The notes: generated by a model from the sequence alone, not told the origin. 64,000 nucleotides of DNA from an uncultured Eubacteriales bacterium (GCA_964584935.1 CAZPBN010000008.1:38962-102961); one strand, 5' to 3'. Shown: positions 9,765 through 19,245, counted from the stretch's first letter. Numbers and translations are program-made.

Positions 9765-11771
9765 ATGCCAGATGTTTCAGAGGAATTGAAAAATGAAATC
9801 AGAGATATTGCCAGCTCTATAGATCAAAAAAATTATGATGATGCCTTAAATACAATCAATGAAGCTCTATCCAAGTACCCAAACAGTGAAGAACTATCAT
9901 CACTTAAAAAAAGAGTCCAAGAAGACATCAAAACAATTATTGAAGAAACCAAACAATCTGCTCAGGAAGGCAAGTATGATATTGCTCTCAAAAACATCAG
10001 CGATTATTTACTTCTCAATCCTGGTAGTTTTCTAGCATTAAAAAAAGAAAAAAAATCAATTGAAAAAAAATTGAACAATGAGTTTTCCAGGGCAAAAAAA
10101 GAATATAAAGAAGGTCATAAAGATAAGGCCCTTGAAATTTTAGAACAATTAGCCAGAATCCCGGAGTCAGATTCAGAAACGATCAGCTCAAACATGGATT
10201 CCATAAAGGAAATGATAGAAGAAATCAAAGCCACATCACCCGATAAACCAGAAACGGAATCCGTTGACCCTGAACCGATTCAGAAAAAGAAGGGATCAAC
10301 AGCAAAAAAATGGAAGACTTTCCATAAAAAAATAGAAGATGAAAAATACGATGAAGCCAAACAAACTCTAGAAGAAATCATTGAATTGGATCCTGAAGAT
10401 GAAGAAGCCAAAAAATATTTAAATATAATGGAGATGGACTCCAAAAATATTTCCAATCTTTTTTTTCAAAACAGATTGGATGATGCCCTTCTGGCTATTT
10501 CAGTAAGCCTTTCAAAAAATCCGGATAATCAAGAAACTTTAAGCTATAAATGGCGGGTGGAATCTCAGGTGTCACAAAAAATCAATGAGATCAATAAAAT
10601 GGTCGAGGAAAAGAAATATAAAGACGCTCTTTATGAAATAAAAGATGCTCTTAAAAATAATCCCCGGGCTTTTAAGAAACTGGAACCGCTGCAAAAAAAA
10701 GTCAAAGCATTATCTGAAGGAAAAACTCCTGAAGAAATCGAAGAGGAAGAAAAAAGCAAAAAGACTTCTCCACGAACTAAAAAAAAGTTAGTTCCCCTAG
10801 TAGCAGGAATTGCTGGTATTGTTATCATTGCCCTAGCACTCGTTTTGTTTTTACCAAAAGGAAACAAGAAAAAAGAAGCAATAACTCCCGGACAAATTCT
10901 TCTCACAAAACAAGAAGGAATCAATTATTCAGACCTTTCGGTTACCATGGGTGATATCAGTTTTTCTCCAGAAAATCCCGTCACTCATGAAATAAAACCA
11001 GGAACATACAATTTCAACTTTCAAAAGGGAGTCCATACTTATAATAAACAAGTCAATATCCAATCAGAACAGGAAACAAAAGTCATGATTCCCCTCATCC
11101 CTGTCAAAATAGACATTCAACCAGATGGAGAAATTTGGGAAAATGAAGATATGATATCAGAAAGCAATTCTTTACACGAGTTTCACCTGCTACCAGATGA
11201 ATACACCTTCATTATAAAAAAAGAGGGTTATCAGGATGAAACTGTTAATTTTTCTCTTGAAGAAAACAATACAACCCAAACCTTTAGTTTTGAACTTGCC
11301 CCCGTTCCTCCGGATCAACCGGGTATTCTAAGAGTCCAGGTTCACCCATCAGGAAGTCAAGTTTATGAAGGATCCAATTTACTGGCTTCATTTCCTCCCC
11401 TGAGACAGGATATATCTTTATCTCCGGGAAGGCACACATTACGATACACCAACACAGAACAAAACTGTGAGGATAGAGAAATTAGCTACCGAATTAATTC
11501 TGGAGGAATCATAACAGATACGATTTACTTGTGCTTTGGGACTTTAAATATCAACACCATGCCCCCTGGAGCAGCAATCATCATTGATGGAAAAGAAAAT
11601 GATATATACGGCAACCCCTATGGCACCACTCCAAGAGCGAATCTCAGACTGCCAACTGGATTACACACGCTGCAGGTCAGCCACCCTGATTATTCTCCAA
11701 AAACTGTTCAATTCGTGATTGAAGCAAACAAAAGAGTCAATCGATCTGTTGACTTAGGAAAAGAACAATAA
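9765..11771 (+). CDS. bitopic membrane protein: cytoplasmic TPR-like repeats, one TM helix, periplasmic PEGA-like beta repeats
   Basis: AGGAGG RBS; TPR-like helices (KYDEAKQTLEEIIELDPEDEEAKKYL); TM segment LVPLVAGIAGIVIIALALVLFL; PEGA signature GTLNINTMPPGAAIIIDG...GTTP...LPTGLHTLQVSHPDY. Confidence 0.8.
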   Translation: MPDVSEELKNEIRDIASSIDQKNYDDALNTINEALSKYPNSEELSSLKKRVQEDIKTIIEETKQSAQEGKYDIALKNISDYLLLNPGSFLALKKEKKSIEKKLNNEFSRAKKEYKEGHKDKALEILEQLARIPESDSETISSNMDSIKEMIEEIKATSPDKPETESVDPEPIQKKKGSTAKKWKTFHKKIEDEKYDEAKQTLEEIIELDPEDEEAKKYLNIMEMDSKNISNLFFQNRLDDALLAISVSLSKNPDNQETLSYKWRVESQVSQKINEINKMVEEKKYKDALYEIKDALKNNPRAFKKLEPLQKKVKALSEGKTPEEIEEEEKSKKTSPRTKKKLVPLVAGIAGIVIIALALVLFLPKGNKKKEAITPGQILLTKQEGINYSDLSVTMGDISFSPENPVTHEIKPGTYNFNFQKGVHTYNKQVNIQSEQETKVMIPLIPVKIDIQPDGEIWENEDMISESNSLHEFHLLPDEYTFIIKKEGYQDETVNFSLEENNTTQTFSFELAPVPPDQPGILRVQVHPSGSQVYEGSNLLASFPPLRQDISLSPGRHTLRYTNTEQNCEDREISYRINSGGIITDTIYLCFGTLNINTMPPGAAIIIDGKENDIYGNPYGTTPRANLRLPTGLHTLQVSHPDYSPKTVQFVIEANKRVNRSVDLGKEQ

Positions 11772-11800
11772 TTCAATGAATCTATATAAAGGAGGGAACA

Positions 11801-13258
11801 GTGAAAACTAAACAAATTTTGGTTTTTTTGCTTATCCCTATTTTGCTTTTGCTTTTTGTTTCCCACAAAATTCTTGCTGCTCAAGAGGATTGCACACAAT
11901 TAATAAATAATGCCGTTGCGGAATTCACGGGAGCTAATTTTGAAAGAGCCATACAATTGTTCAATGAGATAATAAACATGCCTGATTTCCAAACAAACTG
12001 CACCCCTTCAGAAAGAGAAAAATCTTATTTCTATTTATCCTACTGCCATTACCTCCTCTACGGATGCAGAAATCAAGCCACTCAAGAGGCAACCTGCAAT
12101 TTAAAAATCTATTTTCCCAATTTTGACCCTTCTAATCCAGATTACCAATGGGTGTCTCAGGACTGGATAAATTGCCTGAATAATGTGGAATGTTCCAATT
12201 GTGATCTCATTGCCCGTTTCTACAATTTAGGAAAAAACCAATATTCAAATAAAAATTACATATCAGCCGTTCAAAATTTAATCAACACCCGGGTGCTGAT
12301 TGAATCCGGACCCAGACCGCCGGATTGTCCCAAATATGACCAGTATAATAATTTTTCTTCTGAATATCTCTCTATATGTGAATCGAGGTTGATAGAAAAT
12401 TGGAACAAACACTTTGAATCGAACAATTATAATCAATGCTATGAAATGGAAAAAAATCTGTTTAACATTGAAGGACATGAAAACTATCTCCAAAATTTCA
12501 ACAGCCACATCGCTGAAAAAAAACAGTCCCTAGTGGAACAAGTCAACAATTCCTTACAAGACATCAAAGAAAAACTGGATACATTGTTGAGCATTGAACG
12601 ATTTGAAACAGTCAATTTTGATGAGTTACAGAATGATTGGGATATCATCAAAAACATCAATAAAGAATGGCTCCAAAGTGAGAACATATCACTCTCAATG
12701 GAAATGATTCCAGCTCAGGAATTGCTGGATAGCTTTAATACATTTTGCCGTTTTGCAACCACCCAATATGACCTTGAAAAAGAAAGAAATGTCATGACTT
12801 TAATGGAAAACTATAAAAATTTCATAATCAACAATTTTCCAAATTCTCAAGAACAGGTTCAATCCCAATATCAAAAATATATTAATGATCCTTCTACTGT
12901 TTTTAGAAAAACCAATATTGGAGTTTTCCCCCCTACCCGCAACACGGATTTCTTACTGCCTATATCTGATTGCATGAGAAACTACAACATCAAAGGAAGC
13001 ATAACCTGCGGAATCATAGTTGGAAGAGAGGGAAGAGTGGATAAATCCACCATCATTGAGAACAACCTGGATAGAAAAGAATCCTATTGCGTCAAGGATT
13101 TTGAAAAAAGTTTATTACAATACTTAGAACGTATAAGATTTAAGCCTGCATACAAAGTAAGGTATCTTCCTGCATGCACCAAACCAACCGGACATATTTC
13201 TTCGGCCAATACCATTAATGTCAGATACTATATAGAAAGACAATTTACTCTTAAATAG
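11801..13258 (+). CDS. secreted Cys-rich protein with TPR-like N-terminus and TonB C-terminal-like domain
   Basis: AGGAGG RBS and GTG start; signal peptide; 16 Cys. The C-terminus IKGSITCGIIVGREGRVDKSTII...RFKPA...INVRYYIERQFTLK resembles TonB_C. Confidence 0.65.
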   Translation: MKTKQILVFLLIPILLLLFVSHKILAAQEDCTQLINNAVAEFTGANFERAIQLFNEIINMPDFQTNCTPSEREKSYFYLSYCHYLLYGCRNQATQEATCNLKIYFPNFDPSNPDYQWVSQDWINCLNNVECSNCDLIARFYNLGKNQYSNKNYISAVQNLINTRVLIESGPRPPDCPKYDQYNNFSSEYLSICESRLIENWNKHFESNNYNQCYEMEKNLFNIEGHENYLQNFNSHIAEKKQSLVEQVNNSLQDIKEKLDTLLSIERFETVNFDELQNDWDIIKNINKEWLQSENISLSMEMIPAQELLDSFNTFCRFATTQYDLEKERNVMTLMENYKNFIINNFPNSQEQVQSQYQKYINDPSTVFRKTNIGVFPPTRNTDFLLPISDCMRNYNIKGSITCGIIVGREGRVDKSTIIENNLDRKESYCVKDFEKSLLQYLERIRFKPAYKVRYLPACTKPTGHISSANTINVRYYIERQFTLK

Positions 13259-13376
13259 TTGAAAATAGTTTAGAAGCAACAATAATTCAACGACTCGTAT
13301 TCTCTCACCTCCTATCTTCATTCACTCATTCAGTTTCTGAATAACACTCCAACTCCGGACTATAATAAACAGATGC

Positions 13377-14462
13377 TTATCCAGATAGTTCAGGTTCCTG
13401 TTGACGCAAGGATTCTTCATGGATCAGTTGATAAATGCGAAAAATGAAATCTTCACTGAGATTCTTTGATTTGCCGGTCTGAGTCCTGCTTCTTATAATT
13501 TCATTCCAGCGATCAGGCTGGTATTTGGAAACACCCGCCCTTTTTTTGTAAGAACCTATTTGACGCGATAGATTCATCCGTTCCGATAATAATTCAATCA
13601 ATTGATTATCAACATCATCCATTTCGCTTCGGTATTCTCTGAGTCTTTTAAAAAAATCTGTGTTATCACTATACGGCTTTTTAATTTTTAAATTGTCCAC
13701 AAGCTTTTTATAATCATCAGGAACAATCTGCTGTTTTGAATCACTCCAGGCTTCATCAGGATTGGTATGGACTTCAATCATCAGTCCATCAAATAACAAA
13801 TCCATCGCTTTCTGAGAAATTGTCTGAAGCCACTCCCTGTTTCCACAGATGTGACTGGCATCACAGAGGAGAGGAACATCAATCAAAGTTCTTTTCAATT
13901 CAATGGGAATTCGCCAGCAGGGTTCATTCCGAAAAACTGTTTTCATATGGGAATAAAAACCCCTATGAATGGCAATGAGTCGTTCAATTCCTGAATTGTG
14001 AAAACGATCAAATGCTCCCAGCCACAATTGAATATCAGGGCTTATGGGATTTTTAATCATAATGGGCTTGTCGATTCCTTTCAAACAATCCACAAGTGTT
14101 TGGACAGAAAATGGATTGGTTGTCGTCCGTGCTCCAATCCATAAAATATCGATATCATACTTCAAACTTTGTTCAACATGGTCGGGTTTAGCGACTTCAA
14201 CGCAAACAGGGATATTCGCCTCTTTTCCAGCATTTTTAAGCCATGGCAGTGCCTGAATACCCATTCCTTGGAAAGAGCTGGGCCTGGTTCTTGGTTTCCA
14301 TATGCCTCCACGAAGAACATTCACTTCATATTTTGACAATTTGAATGCTGTTTGCATTATTTGCTCCTCCGATTCCACACTGCACGGCCCTGCAATCAGA
14401 AATGTCTTATATTGAGGTGACTTTATTTTGAGAATATCATGAATGCTCTTATAACTGTTCAT
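13377..14462 (-). CDS. bifunctional DAHP synthase (type I-beta) / chorismate mutase type II
   Basis: IAGPCSVES, RGGIWKPRTRP, WIGART, IHRGF, DASH and MIEVH motifs. C-terminal CM domain YRSEMDDVDNQLIELLSERM...IGSYKK...HEES. Confidence 0.92.
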   Translation of the reverse strand: MNSYKSIHDILKIKSPQYKTFLIAGPCSVESEEQIMQTAFKLSKYEVNVLRGGIWKPRTRPSSFQGMGIQALPWLKNAGKEANIPVCVEVAKPDHVEQSLKYDIDILWIGARTTTNPFSVQTLVDCLKGIDKPIMIKNPISPDIQLWLGAFDRFHNSGIERLIAIHRGFYSHMKTVFRNEPCWRIPIELKRTLIDVPLLCDASHICGNREWLQTISQKAMDLLFDGLMIEVHTNPDEAWSDSKQQIVPDDYKKLVDNLKIKKPYSDNTDFFKRLREYRSEMDDVDNQLIELLSERMNLSRQIGSYKKRAGVSKYQPDRWNEIIRSRTQTGKSKNLSEDFIFRIYQLIHEESLRQQEPELSG

Positions 14463-14557
14463 AAAAATAAACCTTATTATTTAAATTGAATTCATTATAT
14501 CATTTTTTTTAATCTCAATTTGAATAAAATCCAATTATACCCTAAATTCCTGTCCTT

Positions 14558-15631
14558 TTGACTCTATTTGATTCTATAGTTGTTGGCTCAATGAAATTTT
14601 GTTATATTATTGAGGAAAGAGAAAGTGTTTTAAATTTGTCAAAAGAGTCAGTGGATATGATTTCTAATGGATTTCCCAAAACCAAGGGATTGAAAAAGAG
14701 ATTTTCTATAGGGCTAACTTTACGATTTATGAGCGAAGAAGAATATAAATCAATCATTGACGAATTTAACGAATACATTTACGAAATATACTTTTCTCCC
14801 CCTTTTGGAGACAAATTCCACTCAAGAAAAGAAGTAGCCAAAGGATTGAAACCTTCTCCTGAAACTGAAGAAAAAGTGTTCCGAATACTCACCTATGCTG
14901 TTGATAAAGGAATTCAATTGACCCTCGCATTGAACACAAAAGTGATCCTCCTGGCGAATGTCTTAAAAGCTGCTGAACGAGTCCTGGAAAGAGTGAACAT
15001 TGGTTCCTTCACCACCCTCATGAATTTTGCTGGCCCCTTGAAATGTTTGTACCCGGACATTCCTATAAAATGTTCATACAATGAAGGAGTCAAGAATCCA
15101 AGTGAATTAGAACAAATCTGTTCTCATAACCTGTTTTCATCCATTGTCCTCGGAAATTCGACCTTAAGAAATAATGATTTATTCAGACAGGCAGTCACAA
15201 AAGGCTTGGAAGTGGAACTGCTTTTAAACAATGGCTGTACTTTTGCCTGCAACAATTTCTGTTTCCCTTCTTCCCATTGTGAAGAAGACTTCATGAAAAG
15301 CTTAAAATCCCACCCTATCAATTTTTTGTATTCCAGACAGTCCATCATCCCCAGGGAATTTTTTACCTATTACATTGAAAACAAAAACATACGCCACTTC
15401 AAAATATCAAATAGACCGTGCACTTATAACTATTTATCCACCTGCTTGAAATCGTATATTCAAAACATCGATTTTGAACTGATCAAAAGAGACATAAAAT
15501 ATTATCGACTCTGGGCGCGCCTGGTTCATTTCAATCGATTCCTTGGTTTTTTGGATTTTGATAAAATCTGTGAATACAAGGATAATTTATGGGAACATCA
15601 CAACAGTCATAACCTTAAAGCTATTCGATAA
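14558..15631 (+). CDS. divergent peptidase-U32-family Fe-S protein (putative hydroxylase); true start may be 14591 or 14657
   Basis: Pattern EIYFS...GIQLTLALN...YPDIPIKCS; Cys cluster ELLLNNGCTFACNNFCFPSSHC; IIPRE..Y; FKISNR (U32 KIxGR-like). Confidence 0.7.
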   Translation: MTLFDSIVVGSMKFCYIIEERESVLNLSKESVDMISNGFPKTKGLKKRFSIGLTLRFMSEEEYKSIIDEFNEYIYEIYFSPPFGDKFHSRKEVAKGLKPSPETEEKVFRILTYAVDKGIQLTLALNTKVILLANVLKAAERVLERVNIGSFTTLMNFAGPLKCLYPDIPIKCSYNEGVKNPSELEQICSHNLFSSIVLGNSTLRNNDLFRQAVTKGLEVELLLNNGCTFACNNFCFPSSHCEEDFMKSLKSHPINFLYSRQSIIPREFFTYYIENKNIRHFKISNRPCTYNYLSTCLKSYIQNIDFELIKRDIKYYRLWARLVHFNRFLGFLDFDKICEYKDNLWEHHNSHNLKAIR

Positions 15632-15696
15632 AGTTATGATTTGTATATCCGAATTATAAACCTTATCAACCATGAAGGTTTAAATCGATAATTATT

Positions 15697-15969
15697 CTAA
15701 ATTTTTCCAAAAAGCATTAAAATTCCAATAAATATAAATAGAATCCCTCCACTGTATTTAATAATCTCTGGACTTATATATTTGCTGAGCAAAGAACCAA
15801 TAATAACAGATATGGCCGTCACAAGGATATAGGCAGTTACAGAGCCAAACCATACGCTTAAGGGTTTCCCTGTTTTTGCGGTCATCCCAATGGCAACGAA
15901 CTGGGTTTTATCAGCCAATTCAGCCAAAAATATAGCTCCAAACGTTGTGACAAATACCTTGAAATCCAT
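15697..15969 (-). CDS. TMEM165/GDT1 (UPF0016) family putative Mn/Ca transporter, single-domain form
   Basis: FLAELADKTQ signature, three TM helices, AGGAG RBS before 15969. Confidence 0.9.
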   Translation of the reverse strand: MDFKVFVTTFGAIFLAELADKTQFVAIGMTAKTGKPLSVWFGSVTAYILVTAISVIIGSLLSKYISPEIIKYSGGILFIFIGILMLFGKI

Positions 15970-16007
15970 TATCTTTCTCCTTTTCCAGAAAACCAATTTT
16001 TCATTAT

Positions 16008-16637
16008 CTAAAATCTGATAAAAGCACTCAAATAAGCGTTAAAGCTTCTTATATTGTCAGGTTCAGCGAAAAGAAATACGTAACGAATATCCGTACTGAT
16101 TCCAAAACCGGGATTGATAAAATACTGAATTCCGGCTCCTGCTTGAACTAAGGGATCTATAGTGTTTTCGGGCACCAGGATATCTATTTTATATCCGTAT
16201 TCCGAAATATAAGTTCTATCTTTAGCCAATAATTTATCGAATCCGCCTCCTAAATAAAGATAAGGTCTAAATTTTTCTTTTGACAAACTGTAATGCAGAT
16301 TCAGAGTCAATGAAACATGATTCGAAGTATCAATATCAACAGTGTCCTGATCAGAAGGATCTTCCAGGGTTATCTCTGATTTAAAAAAATAACTGGCATC
16401 CAAGTTAATTCCGAATCTTTCGGAAAAAAAATAAGCAAAATTTGTTCCCAAGCAGGCAGAAATATGGGTAGGAGTGACAGGAAAATCATTCTTTCCTAAA
16501 ACATAATCATCCTCTGATCCATATTCCAAAACACAGCTCATTCCTCCGTAAATGGATAATTGTATATTTTTTCCTTTCCCAAAACTGACTCCAGAACAAA
16601 TAAAGACAATCCAAAAAAAGAGTAATGCTTTCTTCAC
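16008..16637 (-). CDS. outer-membrane beta-barrel protein (OmpW/OMP_b-brl-like)
   Basis: Signal peptide, RPYLYLGGG, alternating beta strands and a C-terminal Phe. Confidence 0.8.
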   Translation of the reverse strand: MKKALLFFWIVFICSGVSFGKGKNIQLSIYGGMSCVLEYGSEDDYVLGKNDFPVTPTHISACLGTNFAYFFSERFGINLDASYFFKSEITLEDPSDQDTVDIDTSNHVSLTLNLHYSLSKEKFRPYLYLGGGFDKLLAKDRTYISEYGYKIDILVPENTIDPLVQAGAGIQYFINPGFGISTDIRYVFLFAEPDNIRSFNAYLSAFIRF

Positions 16638-16964
16638 AGCCAGCTCCTTTCTCCCTTTTTCATCCTCATAATGATATCATCTTACTAACTTGATATAAAT
16701 AGAAGATTTATTCACTATCTTTATTTTAAAATCCACATACAAGCTTTGTTCCACTTTCTTATTAATGAATCGAACCTCTTTTCCATCAGCCTCAATCTTA
16801 TTGGCCTTTGTGTCTAGTGGATATCATCGGTTTTGGAGGGAGCTGGATTGCTGTGGGAATCATCATATTTTTACTCTGGCTGATGCTCAATATCAAATAG
16901 ATATTTTTTTGCTTGGCAGAAAACCGGAAATTTTTGCATGGCGTTGACAGGAAATTAAACGGAT

Positions 16965-16993
16965 TTGACCATTTTTCTGGACTGTGATATAAG
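16965..16993 (+). promoter_or_regulatory. sigma70-type promoter for the DPP-IV gene
   Basis: TTGACC-17 bp-TATAAG with an extended -10 TG. Confidence 0.5.
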
Positions 16994-17039
16994 CTAAAAT
17001 CGATTGCCATAATAAAAAGTATGGAAAGAGGAGGATAAT

Positions 17040-19238
17040 ATGAAATCTCTTCAACGAACATTTTTTATCTCATTTCTCATACTGATATTTATATTTTCCC
17101 TAAGCTCTTTGACTCATGCCCAATTAAGAGGGAAAGCTCTTTATGAAAAATTAATAAAAGACAAGGAATTAATTAAGTTTGACGGTTTATCAAGGATAAA
17201 ATGGACTCCTGATGGAAAATCCTATTATATATTCGAAGAAGACACTTTTAATAAAATTGATATACTCAGTGGCGAAAAAACATCTCTTTTTAAAGACGAG
17301 GAAATTATCCAAGCCTATAATCGAATAACCGGAAAAAGTGAAGAAAAACTGCCCTTTAAAGAGTTTCATTTTCTGGATGATGGCAAAAAAATCCAGTTTA
17401 AAGTTCAAAATAAAGCATTCATCTTTACTTTTAAAACAGGAAACATCATTTTTTATACTCCTGAAAAAGAAATCATAGGAGTCAGGGGAAGAACATATTC
17501 GGAAGTTTTTTCTCCTGATTATAAGCACCGGGCATTCACCAGAGACTATAATCTGTATGTCAAAGACCTGGAAGATCGCGAAAAATCACTGACAACCGAT
17601 GGTCATAAAGACCTGAGAAATGGATTCCCCGACTGGGTTTATCCTGAAGAACTCAGCCAATATGATGCTTTCTGGTGGTCTCCGGATTCAAAAAAAATCG
17701 CCTTCATGCAGTTTGACGAAAGTCCGGTGACCAAATATCCCATTGTGCATGATATCAATCCAGCTCCTGAGCTCGAGATGCAGAGCTATCCCAAAGCTGG
17801 AGCCAACAATCCCATAGTAAGCCTTTTCATCGCTGACATAAAATCAGGCAAAACAACCAGAATCAAAACAGGAATGGAAACAAATGTTTATTTTTTGAGA
17901 GGAAAGTGGACTCCAGACAGTGAAGAATTCACTTTCCAGAAGCTCAATAGACTACAAAATATCATTGAATTGTACGCAGCCAATCCTGAAACCGGCGAGG
18001 TGAGATCTATCCTGAAAGACGAAGACCAATGCTATATTGAAGCTGATTTTGATCTCACCTTCCTCAAAGACAGCAAACATTTTTTGTGGACTTCAGAAAG
18101 GAGCGGCTGGAACCAAATCTATCTCTATGACCTTGAGGGAAATTTGATTAAACAATTGACCGATGAAGAAATTCCGGTAGGAAACATTCTGGCTGTGGAT
18201 GAAGAAAACAACTGGGTTTATTTCTCCGGCCAGGAAAACAGGGGTATGGAATATCACACATACCGGATAAAGCTTGACGGATCGGGTTGGACGAGGCTCA
18301 CTCAAAGTCCAGGATCCCATCGGGTTGACTTTTCTCCCGGAGCCCAATTTTATGTTGATTCCCATAGCTCATTCCAATCACCGCAAAGAGTGACTCTTCA
18401 TAAATCAGATGGAACCTTCATAAGAGAGCTGGGGAAAACGACAATATCCCAGGAATTCAAGGATTTGAAATTAATCGAACCAGAACATTTTACTTTTAAA
18501 TCCGCAGACGGGAAATACGACCTTGATGGAATTCTGTACAAACCGGCTCATTTTGATAAAAATGAACAATACCCGCTCATCATGTCTGTTTATGGAGGAC
18601 CCGGAGCGAAAAGAATATACAACCGATTCAATTTAAACAGCAGAAGTCAAGCGTTAGCCCAATTGGGATTTATTGTCGCTTCCATTGATCATAGGGGAGT
18701 CTCAGGAAGAGGGAAGGCTTTCCAAAATCTTATGTATATGAATCTGGGGCAGATAGAACTGGCTGACCATGTGGCTGCCGTCAAACATATATCCACAAGA
18801 TCTTATGTTGACGGAAACCGGGTGGGAATATTCGGGCACTCTTACGGCGGATATCTCACCTGTATTGCACTGCTTAAAGCGGCGGATGTTTTTCATGTGG
18901 GAGTCGCAGGGGCTCCGGTCACATCCTGGAGAAATTACGATACTATTTATACGGAAAGATACATGCGAAGACCACAGGATAATCCGGAAGGCTATGAAAA
19001 AGGCTCCTGTATGAATTATGCCGAAAATCTCAAAGGGCATCTGTTTATCCATCACGGCACCGTGGATAACAATGTTCATCCAGGAAATGCCATCCAGCTT
19101 CTCTATGTTTTGCTCAAACACAATAAAAAGTTTGACTTTATGTTCTACCCGGAGCAAAGACATGGCATTCGCTTTAAACAATATAGTGAAGGCCGGGTAG
19201 AATATTTCATTGAACATTTGAACCCCGAAATAAAATAA
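17040..19238 (+). CDS. dipeptidyl peptidase IV, S9B family, secreted
   Basis: Signal peptide; DWVYPEE, WWSPD, YPKAG, GHSYGG nucleophile, DNNVH and catalytic His in QRHG. Confidence 0.95.
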   Translation: MKSLQRTFFISFLILIFIFSLSSLTHAQLRGKALYEKLIKDKELIKFDGLSRIKWTPDGKSYYIFEEDTFNKIDILSGEKTSLFKDEEIIQAYNRITGKSEEKLPFKEFHFLDDGKKIQFKVQNKAFIFTFKTGNIIFYTPEKEIIGVRGRTYSEVFSPDYKHRAFTRDYNLYVKDLEDREKSLTTDGHKDLRNGFPDWVYPEELSQYDAFWWSPDSKKIAFMQFDESPVTKYPIVHDINPAPELEMQSYPKAGANNPIVSLFIADIKSGKTTRIKTGMETNVYFLRGKWTPDSEEFTFQKLNRLQNIIELYAANPETGEVRSILKDEDQCYIEADFDLTFLKDSKHFLWTSERSGWNQIYLYDLEGNLIKQLTDEEIPVGNILAVDEENNWVYFSGQENRGMEYHTYRIKLDGSGWTRLTQSPGSHRVDFSPGAQFYVDSHSSFQSPQRVTLHKSDGTFIRELGKTTISQEFKDLKLIEPEHFTFKSADGKYDLDGILYKPAHFDKNEQYPLIMSVYGGPGAKRIYNRFNLNSRSQALAQLGFIVASIDHRGVSGRGKAFQNLMYMNLGQIELADHVAAVKHISTRSYVDGNRVGIFGHSYGGYLTCIALLKAADVFHVGVAGAPVTSWRNYDTIYTERYMRRPQDNPEGYEKGSCMNYAENLKGHLFIHHGTVDNNVHPGNAIQLLYVLLKHNKKFDFMFYPEQRHGIRFKQYSEGRVEYFIEHLNPEIK

Positions 19239-19245
19239 CTCTGAA

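Noticed and set aside
9577-9765. 62-aa minus-strand ORF in the AT-rich region
   Set aside because: Low-complexity I/F/L/Y composition; it overlaps the sigma54 promoter and leader of the 9765 gene.
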